Positions 38,836 through 49,311 of a stretch of 64,000 nt of DNA are shown piece after piece. Origin of the DNA: a virus (taxonomy: Duplodnaviria > Caudoviricetes); the IMG/VR virus record IMGVR_UViG_3300029305_003800, positions 1 to 64,000 of that record; one strand, 5' to 3'. Position 1 is the first letter of the stretch, and each line of letters begins with the position of its first letter. Under the pieces are notes generated by a model. The model was not told where the DNA came from, did no database searches, and saw only the letters and a program-made list of their open reading frames with translations. A program made the translations under genes and the position numbers.

Positions 38836-38866
38836 AAAGGGATCACAAAATAGTGGTCTCTTTTTA
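38836..38866 (+). terminator. Late-region terminator
   Basis: aaagggatcac-aaaata-gtggtctcttttt hairpin plus T run. Confidence 0.7.
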
Positions 38867-38900
38867 TATGCTAAAAATTCTTCATGTGAAGAAAATATTC

Positions 38901-38928
38901 TTGAGGTGAAGATAAATTTAATTATAAT
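38901..38928 (+). promoter_or_regulatory. TTGAGG-N16-TATAAT promoter (also 44075, 46897, 55361, 58681)
   Basis: Five copies with identical 16-nt spacing in intergenic gaps. Confidence 0.7.
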
Positions 38929-38972
38929 AAAATAGGAAACGAAAAAAATAATTCAAAAAAAATCAAAGAAAT

Positions 38973-39014
38973 TCGTCTGATCCTCTTGCCTTTTTTCGGT
39001 AAATAGAATATAAT
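38973..39014 (+). promoter_or_regulatory. Sigma-70-type promoter, copy 1 of a 42-bp repeat
   Basis: TTGCCT-N17-TATAAT; 41/42 identical to 54400-54441. Confidence 0.8.
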
Positions 39015-39057
39015 GATAATAGAAAAGTAAAAACTTACTTTTCAAAAGGAGAACAAA

Positions 39058-39768
39058 ATGGAATTCAAATTATTAGAAAAATGGATGCAAGATTATGAAG
39101 AAAATAGATATAATCAAATCACAAAGACACAAAACTTAATGAATAAATGGAAGGAAGAGAAAAAGAAACAGAAGACATTAGATGTAAATTATCCTAGTTA
39201 CAATAAAGATTCAGTTCCTGTGATAATTCCTGAAATGAAACAACACTGTTGTGCTACAATATCTCCAAATTGGAAAAGAGTTACAGAACAAGCAACTGTA
39301 AGAGATAGAAATGTTGAAGGAATAAAATACAAAGTAGTTGAGACAACAGTAATAATAGATCAAATTGAAGTTAATGGAAAACTTTATGAGGATTATGTTA
39401 CTGGTGGAGATTATTACAGGATGCAACAAAAGTATAATGGACTTGAGAAATTGCTATCTGATAATCAATGTTCAATGTCAGATTACACTTGGCTATTGAT
39501 TATTAGAACAGACACAGAAATACATAATAAAGCACATAAAGACATGCTAAATCAAAAGAAAGCAATTGAAGCAAAGATTAGAAAAATATGTGGAGATGAA
39601 TTTACTCACATAGATGATACAACTGGAGATCTCTATGTTAGAGGAATAAACGGAAGAACAGCACACATTTGGGCAATAACTGCTGGTGGATATAATCAAG
39701 ATATTATTGTAAATGAAAGACATGGTCAATGTTTACATATTAGAATATTAGTTAAGGAGGTAAAATAA
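39058..39768 (+). CDS. Hypothetical early protein
   Basis: C-terminal I.AGGYN...Q.LH.R.LV motif seen in phage proteins; AAGGAG RBS. Confidence 0.65.
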   Translation: MEFKLLEKWMQDYEENRYNQITKTQNLMNKWKEEKKKQKTLDVNYPSYNKDSVPVIIPEMKQHCCATISPNWKRVTEQATVRDRNVEGIKYKVVETTVIIDQIEVNGKLYEDYVTGGDYYRMQQKYNGLEKLLSDNQCSMSDYTWLLIIRTDTEIHNKAHKDMLNQKKAIEAKIRKICGDEFTHIDDTTGDLYVRGINGRTAHIWAITAGGYNQDIIVNERHGQCLHIRILVKEVK

Positions 39769-39769
39769 C

Positions 39770-39991
39770 ATGATACTTAATAAAAATGTGACAAAAGAAG
39801 AATTTACAAAAGCAATTATTGAAGAGGTAAACAACGGAAAAGCAAGTGTCGGACAAAAGATCCAGACACTTGTAAAAATCCGTAGAGAAAGTCACGGAAA
39901 TGATGTTATACAAGATAAATGCAACAAATACTTAGATGAATTATATAATAAGAAGTATGAAATGCTAAGTAAAGGAGAATCAATATGGTAA
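39770..39991 (+). CDS. Hypothetical protein
   Basis: AAGGAGG RBS; tight packing. Confidence 0.6.
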   Translation: MILNKNVTKEEFTKAIIEEVNNGKASVGQKIQTLVKIRRESHGNDVIQDKCNKYLDELYNKKYEMLSKGESIW

Positions 39992-40152
39992 AGTATCAAG
40001 TGTGTTTTGATGTTGACTTTTACGGATGTCATGAAACAAGGGTGTGTTACGAAACTAATTCTGAATATGACGCACAATGTTATATAGGTGAAATGTATCA
40101 TTTAGGAGATTATTCAAATTATTACATTAGGGAGGTAAATAAGAATGATTAA
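39985..40152 (+). CDS. Small hypothetical protein (55 aa, not in ORF track)
   Basis: AAAGGAG RBS; MVKYQVCFDVDFYGCHETRVCY...; fills gap between neighbours. Confidence 0.55.
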   Translation: MVKYQVCFDVDFYGCHETRVCYETNSEYDAQCYIGEMYHLGDYSNYYIREVNKND

Positions 40153-40591
40153 ATATAATGCAAATCCAAAGGGATGGAAAACAGATGACTGTGTTATAAG
40201 AGCAATAGCACTAGCAACAAATCAAACTTGGGATAAGGTATTCACTGACTTAAATGAAATCGCATTCAAGAAGAAGAGAGTATTTAATGATCCTATTGTA
40301 TATAATGAATACCTGAGACAACTTGGATGGAATAAACAATCTCAACCTAGAGCAAGATATTATGACAATGGTTATTATGACACATATAAGAAATACACAG
40401 TTTATGAATTTATTCGTGATCTAAATCATAAAATGCTTGTTGGTGGATGGGAACATGAAAGTTATATTATAACAGTTGCTCACCATATAACATGTGTAAA
40501 ACTAAGTGAGGATAAAACTAGATACGACTTATATGATATATGGGATTGTGGTGAAAAGACAATAGGAAATTATTGGATAAAGGAGAATTGA
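40145..40591 (+). CDS. Conserved phage hypothetical protein (NP..DCVIRA family)
   Basis: YNANPKG..TDDCVIRAI, H.TCV, YD.WDCG. Confidence 0.65.
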   Translation: MIKYNANPKGWKTDDCVIRAIALATNQTWDKVFTDLNEIAFKKKRVFNDPIVYNEYLRQLGWNKQSQPRARYYDNGYYDTYKKYTVYEFIRDLNHKMLVGGWEHESYIITVAHHITCVKLSEDKTRYDLYDIWDCGEKTIGNYWIKEN

Positions 40592-40593
40592 TT

Positions 40594-40968
40594 ATGTTAA
40601 CTTATGGAGATTTAGATTTAAGACATTTAAGAGAAGTGTGTAACATTGATTTTGCACACTTCACATATAAGAAACATCAATGTTCTTGTTGTTATGGACC
40701 AAAAGATTTGTCAGCAAGATATTGGAGAAATCATATAATACCTGAAGGAGATGATTATTCATACATACTATTTAAGAATGCTGAAAATGGCAGTGGCACA
40801 GTGACTAAACATGATGAAATAAAAGACCATTGTTGTATTTCATGGGATTTAACTGATGAGCAGTTAGATAAAGTTTGTGAAGAATTGACAAGACAATTAA
40901 AAGGTCATTATGAGGTAATAAAACCTAAAGACAAGTATACTTGTATTCAACTAATGAGGAGGGTATAA
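40594..40968 (+). CDS. Hypothetical Cys-containing protein
   Basis: CSCCYGP motif; AAGGAG RBS. Confidence 0.6.
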   Translation: MLTYGDLDLRHLREVCNIDFAHFTYKKHQCSCCYGPKDLSARYWRNHIIPEGDDYSYILFKNAENGSGTVTKHDEIKDHCCISWDLTDEQLDKVCEELTRQLKGHYEVIKPKDKYTCIQLMRRV

Positions 40969-40970
40969 TT

Positions 40971-41237
40971 ATGGAAAGAATAATTAACCTTAAGAGTATA
41001 GCATTACACAATCCAACAGAAGTAGAATGTGAAGGAAAAATATTGTTAACACAGGGACTAAGTATACATCAATTAGTTGAATTATGGAAATGGTATTACA
41101 ATATTGCACCATTTGATACAATATTGTTAGTTGCAGGAGAGAAAAATTACAACGCTATGCAACAACCACCTTTATCTAGTGCCAAAAGTGTTTTAGAAAT
41201 ATTTACAGAGTTAGGTGTTCAAGTTGTAAAAGAATAG
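40971..41237 (+). CDS. Hypothetical protein
   Basis: GAGGAGG RBS before ATG 40971. Confidence 0.55.
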   Translation: MERIINLKSIALHNPTEVECEGKILLTQGLSIHQLVELWKWYYNIAPFDTILLVAGEKNYNAMQQPPLSSAKSVLEIFTELGVQVVKE

Positions 41238-41247
41238 GAGAATAATT

Positions 41248-41733
41248 ATGGAAGATACAAGAAAAGTTTTATTAAAACAAATAGAAAATGCTTTATATAA
41301 AAATCAAGATTTAGGAAATGTAATAGATAACGATGATTTCTTAACTGAAGTAGAAGGAATATTAAAGTTATATAAAATAGAACAAGGTGATTTAAGATAC
41401 TATAACATAAATCAAAATAATGTTGAGGGTCATCTTATAAGAAATGATGATGTAGATGCATTTATATCTATTCAAGCATACAATTTAGATAGTGCTAAAG
41501 CAATAGCGAGAGAAATACTTGCTCCATATAGAGACTATTGTCCTTGTTGTGGATATAGATGGGATGATGACTATCTAACTGCAGGTAAATCTACAGACGA
41601 ACCTTATGTAAGAGGAGAACCTTACAAGAAACAAAATGATCCATTTTGGTGTAAGAATAATAAACTTATTATCTACAAATATGATGGCACAAAAGAAGTA
41701 TATGACTTAAATCAAAATTTGAAGGAGAAATAA
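41248..41733 (+). CDS. Hypothetical protein with YCPCCG.RW motif
   Basis: QNN..G and YCPCCGYRW, a recurrent phage small-protein pattern. Confidence 0.6.
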   Translation: MEDTRKVLLKQIENALYKNQDLGNVIDNDDFLTEVEGILKLYKIEQGDLRYYNINQNNVEGHLIRNDDVDAFISIQAYNLDSAKAIAREILAPYRDYCPCCGYRWDDDYLTAGKSTDEPYVRGEPYKKQNDPFWCKNNKLIIYKYDGTKEVYDLNQNLKEK

Positions 41734-41735
41734 TT

Positions 41736-42239
41736 ATGAAAGACATTATTGATAAGTATAAAGAAAAAGAATCAAATATAGATGAAGTAAACTATCGTAG
41801 AAAATTGATAATTGGAACTATTGAACAACTATTAAAAAGAAATCAAAATTCTGATGGAGTTATAGATAATGAAAACTTTATGAGAAGTATTAGAGAAGAA
41901 CTAAGAAAATACGAGTTTAGAAAACCTAATACAACCTTTTCAGAATTGTGTTATATCCTTCAAAAGTGTAATTCGTATGATGTTGCAAAATTTGTTTGTT
42001 ATCCTTATATTATTGATGAAATAACTGACAAATTTATTTCATATTCAAATGACTATTTATTTCTTACAAATGGACTTGTTATGATACAATACGATAAATC
42101 AGATAAAATACTTGAAATCAACACTTTTGATTACACAGATGTAAGTTCAAGTTCAGTAAATACCTTTTATAGAAATGTTGCATTTAGTGTAAAAGAAAAT
42201 AGATTCAGAAGACTTATGGATTTTGTAAAGGAGAAATAG
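41736..42239 (+). CDS. Hypothetical protein
   Basis: ORF with RBS. Confidence 0.6.
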   Translation: MKDIIDKYKEKESNIDEVNYRRKLIIGTIEQLLKRNQNSDGVIDNENFMRSIREELRKYEFRKPNTTFSELCYILQKCNSYDVAKFVCYPYIIDEITDKFISYSNDYLFLTNGLVMIQYDKSDKILEINTFDYTDVSSSSVNTFYRNVAFSVKENRFRRLMDFVKEK

Positions 42240-42241
42240 TT

Positions 42242-42466
42242 ATGGAAAACGAATTAACCGAATATCAGAAATATAGATTACAAACTCAGAGATTATATCA
42301 AAGAAAACTTCTTAGAAGAGCAGTTCAAATTGCAATAGAGAGATGTGAAGATTTTTATTATGATATGCATAGAAAATATAATGGTAAGAAATATCCAATA
42401 TACATAAATGAATGTATTGAAGAAGTTATAAAAGAGGCACAAGCAGAATTAAGAGAGGAAAAATAA
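42242..42466 (+). CDS. Hypothetical protein
   Basis: ORF with RBS. Confidence 0.55.
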   Translation: MENELTEYQKYRLQTQRLYQRKLLRRAVQIAIERCEDFYYDMHRKYNGKKYPIYINECIEEVIKEAQAELREEK

Positions 42467-42467
42467 C

Positions 42468-43394
42468 ATGTATTATTGTTCAATAAAAGATATTCCTAAA
42501 TATGAAGATCTAGAAATGTTTTCTAGTTTTCATATTAAAACGACTGATGAAATTGTTCTTGAATTAAGAACGCATAACATACAAGGTATTCCTGAAGCAA
42601 TATGTGTTTATAAACATACAAAAGATAATACTGAACTATTATTCTCGGGGAGATTAAATAGAAATTGTTATAATGGTGCTATGAGAATATTAAAAGAACA
42701 TTACTTCTATTATCGTTTATGGAAGAATACAGAAAAACTTGAAACCAAAGATAAGGAGGAAATAAAAGTGGTAACAAGTAGTTTAGATAAAAATCAACCT
42801 ATTTATATTTCAGAAAAGGGCAGAGAAGAATTATTTAATTACATTCTTCTACAAGAAAAATCAGATACACTTCAACGAGTTTGGAAAGACATTGATGGTC
42901 TTTATGAATACATGTTCAGTGCAGAAAATCTTGAAAGATATTGTCTTGGTGCAACAAACAGAGCAGATTATGCTTATAAGAAAATAAGCAAACTTTTAAG
43001 AAAAGAATATGAGGAATGGAAAGCAGATAAATGTGTAGTAGGAGGATTCAAAGATAAGAATGGGAAAGATCTTCATGTCGGAGACAGAGTTAGATATTAC
43101 ACTTATCCTGATTATGATAAATACTACAATGCAATAATAGAAAAATTTGCGTCAACAACTGTAAGAGTTCTAATTCACGGGAAAGTTCCTAGATATACAC
43201 AAAGTAGATATCTTGAATTGATTACAGATGATTCTATTGAATTATTAACAATCAGCAGAGGAGACCTAAAAGAATTGCTCAAACTTATAAATGAAAACAA
43301 TATGAATGGAAGACTTAACTCTATTGCATATAAAATAAACAAAATTATTGATTTAGGAGAAATGAAATGGAAAGATTGCAAGGATACGAAATGA
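42468..43394 (+). CDS. Hypothetical protein with YopX-like segment
   Basis: GFKDKNGKDLHVGDRV. Confidence 0.55.
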   Translation: MYYCSIKDIPKYEDLEMFSSFHIKTTDEIVLELRTHNIQGIPEAICVYKHTKDNTELLFSGRLNRNCYNGAMRILKEHYFYYRLWKNTEKLETKDKEEIKVVTSSLDKNQPIYISEKGREELFNYILLQEKSDTLQRVWKDIDGLYEYMFSAENLERYCLGATNRADYAYKKISKLLRKEYEEWKADKCVVGGFKDKNGKDLHVGDRVRYYTYPDYDKYYNAIIEKFASTTVRVLIHGKVPRYTQSRYLELITDDSIELLTISRGDLKELLKLINENNMNGRLNSIAYKINKIIDLGEMKWKDCKDTK

Positions 43395-43828
43395 GAAATA
43401 TGAGAAGTAAACTCAAATTCATAAGTTATGGTGAGTCAAGCAAAGGAAACATTAGAGCAAATCTCGCTCTTAAAAATAGTGATAAGGCAACTTATTATCA
43501 CTGGTTAAATGATGAAGAAAAAGCAAAATTCAAAAGTTCTGAATATTATAATCCAAAATATAAAGTAAATAATACTAAAACTTATTTGAAATGCTTTGAA
43601 CTAAGTGAGAATTCAATTGATAAAGTTTACAATGAAATTAAATTGCCTGGAGAACCCAGATATTACAGAATATATCAAGTTGATCCTTGGAGATACAGTA
43701 TTGAAATAACTAGAGCAAATACGCAAATAAATTTGCGAGTTACAAAAGAACAAATGGACGAATTGCAAGATTGGTTAGATGGTTATAATTATATTGATGA
43801 TACGGAGGAATATAATGATGAAGAATAA
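43367..43828 (+). CDS. Hypothetical protein
   Basis: ORF with AGGAG RBS. Confidence 0.55.
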   Translation: MERLQGYEMRNMRSKLKFISYGESSKGNIRANLALKNSDKATYYHWLNDEEKAKFKSSEYYNPKYKVNNTKTYLKCFELSENSIDKVYNEIKLPGEPRYYRIYQVDPWRYSIEITRANTQINLRVTKEQMDELQDWLDGYNYIDDTEEYNDEE

Positions 43829-44051
43829 TTCTGATCAAATAAAAATGGATTTAGATGATCTTTTTGATAAGAGAAAATATTATGCAGAACTTTTATATTG
43901 GAATGGAACAAAAGAAACTATTGAAATAAGAAAGAAATTTATTCAAGATATAGTTGATGCAGTTAGAGGACAATTCACATTTATAAATAGAGAGACAGGA
44001 CTCTGTGTTTATGGAGGATCTATTCACACAGTCAATATTTATGTAAAATAA
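43815..44051 (+). CDS. Hypothetical protein
   Basis: GGAGG RBS before ATG 43815. Confidence 0.55.
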   Translation: MMKNNSDQIKMDLDDLFDKRKYYAELLYWNGTKETIEIRKKFIQDIVDAVRGQFTFINRETGLCVYGGSIHTVNIYVK

Positions 44052-44122
44052 TTCATCACATGAAGAAAAATTACTTGAGGTAAAGATAAAGACAGTTATA
44101 ATAATGTAGAGGAGGAAATGAT

Positions 44123-44335
44123 ATGAGCACAACTGAACTAAGAAAAGAAATCAGAAGAATGCTTAAAAAAGATCCAAAAGTAAAAGAATACATATCTAAA
44201 TTTGAACAATTTACAGGATTAAGATATTCTGGAAGACTTACTGTAGAACAGTTGAATGATCTTATTATTTGGTGCACTAACGAACAAATAAGTGCAGAAA
44301 GAAACTACAGAAAAAGTCTTGGAGGAATTATATGA
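44123..44335 (+). CDS. Small basic hypothetical protein
   Basis: First gene after promoter 44075; GAGGAGG RBS. Confidence 0.6.
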   Translation: MSTTELRKEIRRMLKKDPKVKEYISKFEQFTGLRYSGRLTVEQLNDLIIWCTNEQISAERNYRKSLGGII

Positions 44336-45207
44336 TAGGAGATAAATTATATTTTGAAGATCTAGGAGTTGATGTCTCTGAATGTAATTCTATAGAAGAA
44401 GTCTTGAACAAAAGTAAGTTAAATTATTCAGTTGAAAAACAAAGTATATACTTAAAAGACGGCAGAGAAATAAAAGATAACTATGCTACAGTAAAGAATA
44501 ATGAAACAGTATTGGGAGTTGTAGGCAAAGATTATACAGTTCTAAGTAATTCAGAAGGATTTGATTTTGTGGATGAATTAATAAATACATATAATTTTAA
44601 GTTTGTTAGAGCAGGAGAATGGAGTAAGGGAGAAAGATCTTTTATTGTATTGTCTATGCCAGAAATAGAATTATTTGGAGATAAACTTATTCCATATGTT
44701 TTACTAACAAATTGTTATGATGGTAGTGGATCAGTAAAGGCAATTATAACTCCTGTAATCAATAATAATGTTATTATGTTTGGCGATTATAAATATCTTA
44801 TAAGACATAGTAAAAATGTTAAAGATAGACCTGTGTTATGTGAACAACTTTATGCATTCTTTAATTCAATTATTAGATCCGTCGCAGAACAAGCAGAAAT
44901 ATTTAACATAAAGAACTTTACTAAAGATGAATTTATCACCATTCTGAGCCATATTCTAGGTATAAACAAGTCTATTTCAAATATTAAAAGAGAAAGAGCA
45001 GAACAAACTATGCAGGAAATTATGAGTAGATATTATTCAGAAGAAATGAACAAGTTTGGAGAAACATTTTGGAGAGCAGTTTTATGTATAGCAGGACAGG
45101 AATGTCAAAGACAGACACTAAGAGATACAGGAAATTCAGAAATATTCTTATATAGAATTCTTAATGGAATGAAAATGTTAAATCAGTTTATAGAAGAGGT
45201 GAAATAG
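44332..45207 (+). CDS. DUF932/DUF945-family protein
   Basis: LGVVGKDYTVLSN.EGFDF, AG..KG.R, YVLLTN.YDGSGS. Confidence 0.8.
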   Translation: MIGDKLYFEDLGVDVSECNSIEEVLNKSKLNYSVEKQSIYLKDGREIKDNYATVKNNETVLGVVGKDYTVLSNSEGFDFVDELINTYNFKFVRAGEWSKGERSFIVLSMPEIELFGDKLIPYVLLTNCYDGSGSVKAIITPVINNNVIMFGDYKYLIRHSKNVKDRPVLCEQLYAFFNSIIRSVAEQAEIFNIKNFTKDEFITILSHILGINKSISNIKRERAEQTMQEIMSRYYSEEMNKFGETFWRAVLCIAGQECQRQTLRDTGNSEIFLYRILNGMKMLNQFIEEVK

Positions 45208-46893
45208 ATGTTAGAAATAGATATAAGAAGAGCAATTACTGTTCCTGGAATATATGCTTGTTTTTTGAAATTCTCTACTTACAATGAAAATTGGGTGGCA
45301 GTCATAAGATCATTTAACTGTAGAAAATATTATGCAGAAACAAGAGAGTGGGAATTCCCATTTTATAATTTAGGAGACATAATAAGTAGATATCCAAATC
45401 TTGAAATCAAAATTCACTTCAAAAAAGAGAAATTAGAAAATGATATTCTTGAAGTTCCAAAATTAGATCTTAAAAAAGAATTATTTAATCACCAAAAGAT
45501 AGCAGTTGAATATGGTATAAATCATCCTAAATATCTCTTATTGGATACTATGGGATTAGGTAAAACTGCATCTATCATTGCTGAGGCAATAGCACTTAAA
45601 AAATTAGGAAAAATCAGACAATGTTTGATTATTTGTTGTGTAAGTGACTTACAATATAACTGGGAAGAAGAAATAAAGAAATTCTCAGATGAATCTTGTT
45701 ATATTTTAGGTTCAAGATATCGTAAAAACGGAAAAAGATATGCAGGATCTATCAATGAAAGAATAGAAGATCTCAAAACACATAAAGAGTTCTTCTTAAT
45801 TACAAATGCTGAAACATTACAAAAAGATAAATTTGTAGATACAGTAAATAATGAATTCAAGAAAACTCCAACTACAATAGACTTCCTTGCTATTGATGAG
45901 TGTCATAAGAAAACTGGAAATCCAGATAATCTTATGGGGAAAAATCTTATGAAATTAAGTGGTATTCCGTATATTGTTCCAATGACAGGAACATTGATTA
46001 GAAATCGTCCTACAGATGCTTGGGTTCCACTAACTCTTATAGGAAAAGAACATTCAACCTATAGTCAATTCAAACATTATTATTGTGAATTTGGGGAGTA
46101 TAATGAAGTCACTTCTTATAGAAATTTAGATGCTCTTCAAATGCAGTTATCTCAATGTTCTTTGCGTAGAGTAAAAGAAGATGTATTAGATTTACCACCA
46201 AAACTTTATGAAAATGTTTATGTTACAATGAACGAAAGACAACAGATGATTTATGATGAAGTCTATAATCAACTTTTGGAAAATATAGATAGAATTGAAG
46301 AAAGTCCAAATCCTTTGGCAATGCTTATAAGATTAAGACAAGCAACTGGATTTACAGGTATTTTATCTACAAGTATTCTTGAAAGTGCAAAGATGGACAG
46401 AATTGAAGAAGATGTTGATGAAATTGTTGAAAATAATAAAAAAGTTATTATTTATTCAAATTGGACAGAAATGACAGATGAATTGCAAAGAAGACTTGAA
46501 AAGAAATATAAAGTCTTATCTGTTGCAGGAAACACAGTGAAAAGTGGAGATCAAGTTGAAGAAATAAAGAGAAAATTCCAACAGGATCCTGAATATAAAA
46601 TTATCATAGGAACAACAGGAAAACTCGGAACAGGACATACTTTAACAGCAGCAGATTATATTCTATTCCTAGATGAACCATGGACTATGGCAGATAAAGA
46701 TCAAGCAACAGATAGAGCACATCGTCCTGGACTCACTCACTGTGTCAATATTAGAACTTATATTACAAAGGATACTATTGACGAAAAAGTAAATGAAATT
46801 GTAGAAGAAAAGGGTGCAGTAGCAGACTTTATTGTTGACGGTAAATCTAAAGATAATAGAAAACTTGCAAGATTCTTGCTAAACTTAGAATAA
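45208..46893 (+). CDS. SNF2-family helicase
   Basis: MGLGKT, DECH, MTGT, LRQA, GTGHTLT, QATDRAHR.G. Confidence 0.9.
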   Translation: MLEIDIRRAITVPGIYACFLKFSTYNENWVAVIRSFNCRKYYAETREWEFPFYNLGDIISRYPNLEIKIHFKKEKLENDILEVPKLDLKKELFNHQKIAVEYGINHPKYLLLDTMGLGKTASIIAEAIALKKLGKIRQCLIICCVSDLQYNWEEEIKKFSDESCYILGSRYRKNGKRYAGSINERIEDLKTHKEFFLITNAETLQKDKFVDTVNNEFKKTPTTIDFLAIDECHKKTGNPDNLMGKNLMKLSGIPYIVPMTGTLIRNRPTDAWVPLTLIGKEHSTYSQFKHYYCEFGEYNEVTSYRNLDALQMQLSQCSLRRVKEDVLDLPPKLYENVYVTMNERQQMIYDEVYNQLLENIDRIEESPNPLAMLIRLRQATGFTGILSTSILESAKMDRIEEDVDEIVENNKKVIIYSNWTEMTDELQRRLEKKYKVLSVAGNTVKSGDQVEEIKRKFQQDPEYKIIIGTTGKLGTGHTLTAADYILFLDEPWTMADKDQATDRAHRPGLTHCVNIRTYITKDTIDEKVNEIVEEKGAVADFIVDGKSKDNRKLARFLLNLE

Positions 46894-46944
46894 TTCTTGA
46901 GGTGAAGAAAAATTAAATTACAATAAAACACGGAGGAATATCTT

Positions 46945-49014
46945 GTGCTAAATAAAATAGGTATAATAAAAAATATAGACTACGAGGCATTAAAAATAGA
47001 GTTGAAATCTCTTAATAGAGAGCAGAGACTTGACAAATATTGGAGAGATAATTTATCTAAAATTCAAACAATAAAATTAGATGATGAGAAAACTATTAGT
47101 CAAGGGGTTGAATTACTTTGTCCTTCTGGCTTTTATAATACATCAGAACAATGTTTTGAAGTGACTGAAAGGGAATTAAATAAAATCTTAAAAGCAGAAA
47201 AACATTACAAGTCTTTAAATAATTATTTTGAAATAAGGTATATCAATGAAGACTTTGTTGCTTTTCTATATTCTTCTGAAAATGTTGCTGTTATACCTAG
47301 AAAATTTGTTGAAGTAGAATTTGCAAAAGACTACTCTATGTTGACTGTAAATGAAATAAGAAAGAAATTAACAACTAATTCTGAGAATTTGCCAGTAAAC
47401 TTTAATGAAAACTTATCTCTAAAAGATTATGAGAAGAATTTAGTTAAATGCGAAGAAGAATTAAAATTACAAGAAGAAAAGGCAAAACAAGAATTAGATG
47501 CATTTAAACAAGAAATGTATAGAAAAGAACAAGAATTAAGAGAAAAGCAGGAACACATGCTTGCAGAGTATAGAGCAAAAATGGAGTCTATGAAAGATCA
47601 AATATACATACTTGAAATGAATATTCTTGCTCTTAGAAGTTATTTTGGAGAAACATTTTCTATATCACAAATATTTAAGGGTAAAAATGCTTCAGATGAT
47701 ATTCCACTTATACTATTTCAAAAATTTAGATATATGGATGAAGATCTTGCAAGATTATCAGCAAATTCAGAATTTTCTACAGATAAAGTAGGAATAGAAG
47801 ACTTATTCAAACATTATGGGAAATTATTTATTGAAACATTTTGTCCAAATGAAAAATGTATTACATTTTTTAAGGCAAGTAAAGATAACAAAAAATTAAG
47901 TTATTGTAAAGATAATGATTGTATAAAAGAATTAGAATATTACCACGGAAATCAATTAGGAATGCTTATTAGAAATGGTGAAAACTTTTACACCTCATTT
48001 ATTGATGAAGAAATAAAATTACAGGATAATTTATTTATGTCAAATTCTTCAACAAATTCAGAAAAACCTGTAGAAATAGGCAAATCAAAATTAAGAGATC
48101 CAGAAGTAAAGAATGTATTTAATAGAAGACATATATTTATTATTTTACAAGCACTTATTAAAAATACAAATATATTTAATTCATTGAAATCAGAAGACAT
48201 ATTCAATAGTAAAAATATTGTGTTTAGTAATGCAGATGGTCAAATTGAAAGTAATAAGTATCCGTCATTTACAGAATTCTTTTATAACAATAGTGGTAGG
48301 TTCTATGACAAAATAAAAGAGGGTGATTTTATATTCATAGATGAAAACCATGCAGGATCTAAAATGGAGAATGACTATTGGGGATATGGATATCACGAAC
48401 AACATAGAGGAGTTGGATACAGAAACACTGGAAGAGACGCATCTATACATATGGGAATATCTAAAATAAGCATTATGAATAAACAATCTAATGGTTATTT
48501 TGTTGAATATATTGAAAATGGCACAACATATAAAAAACATATATACAATTTAGACGACGAACTTGTAAAAATGGGAAGTAAGTATTACCCAAAAATAGAA
48601 GTTGAATATTATACTTCTTGCAAGAGAGATATACAAGAATGGCAAAAAACTATTAGATGGGACGGAACCTACGCAAAAGTAAATAATGCAAATCTAAGAC
48701 TGTGGGAAGATGAGTTTATGTCAATTATGTGGTGCAATTCTAACTATGTTCAACAGTGGATAGATCATAAAGACTCAGGAAATGGAAAAAATTATGTTTA
48801 CTTTGTAAAACAGTTAAAAGAACTTAAAGATTATTTACTTCAAAGAGAATGTAGAGAGTTCAATTTAATTAATAGTTTTCATAATATTGAAAACAGTGTT
48901 GAAAACAAAGACATCTTACTAAATTGGAAGATTAAAAACAATGTTAGAAATATCACAGAATATCAAGCAAAGCGATTTGTAAAATATTATAAGGAGGAAG
49001 TATTTCATGAATAA
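46945..49014 (+). CDS. Large hypothetical protein with central coiled coil
   Basis: 689 aa; GTG start with GGAGG; own promoter at 46897. Confidence 0.7.
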   Translation: MLNKIGIIKNIDYEALKIELKSLNREQRLDKYWRDNLSKIQTIKLDDEKTISQGVELLCPSGFYNTSEQCFEVTERELNKILKAEKHYKSLNNYFEIRYINEDFVAFLYSSENVAVIPRKFVEVEFAKDYSMLTVNEIRKKLTTNSENLPVNFNENLSLKDYEKNLVKCEEELKLQEEKAKQELDAFKQEMYRKEQELREKQEHMLAEYRAKMESMKDQIYILEMNILALRSYFGETFSISQIFKGKNASDDIPLILFQKFRYMDEDLARLSANSEFSTDKVGIEDLFKHYGKLFIETFCPNEKCITFFKASKDNKKLSYCKDNDCIKELEYYHGNQLGMLIRNGENFYTSFIDEEIKLQDNLFMSNSSTNSEKPVEIGKSKLRDPEVKNVFNRRHIFIILQALIKNTNIFNSLKSEDIFNSKNIVFSNADGQIESNKYPSFTEFFYNNSGRFYDKIKEGDFIFIDENHAGSKMENDYWGYGYHEQHRGVGYRNTGRDASIHMGISKISIMNKQSNGYFVEYIENGTTYKKHIYNLDDELVKMGSKYYPKIEVEYYTSCKRDIQEWQKTIRWDGTYAKVNNANLRLWEDEFMSIMWCNSNYVQQWIDHKDSGNGKNYVYFVKQLKELKDYLLQRECREFNLINSFHNIENSVENKDILLNWKIKNNVRNITEYQAKRFVKYYKEEVFHE

Positions 49015-49294
49015 GTATGAAAAACAGTTTGAACAACTAATTGCAGGAACATTGAGTGATAAAGATTATGATTCAGAATGTAATATTGAAAAATGTATGG
49101 GATGTTCTGCAGGAACATGTCCATTTAAGCAGAAAATTAAAGAAGAATATATGCTAAATTTGATGCTTGAAAATATGTGTTCTACAGATGAAGAAAAAGA
49201 AATACTAAGAAATGCAATAAAGAACAAAGAACCAGAGGCACTAGAATTATTAAATCAATTTATAGAATTGAGCAAATCTAAAATTCAATTATAA
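49007..49294 (+). CDS. Hypothetical Cys-cluster protein
   Basis: C...KC.GC...TCP. Confidence 0.55.
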   Translation: MNKYEKQFEQLIAGTLSDKDYDSECNIEKCMGCSAGTCPFKQKIKEEYMLNLMLENMCSTDEEKEILRNAIKNKEPEALELLNQFIELSKSKIQL

Positions 49295-49311
49295 TAAATA
49301 TGGAGGATATT

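Noticed and set aside
42753-42770. Internal AAGGAGG + in-frame GTG in gene 42468
   Set aside because: May mark a fusion of two small early genes, but there is no further support; low value.
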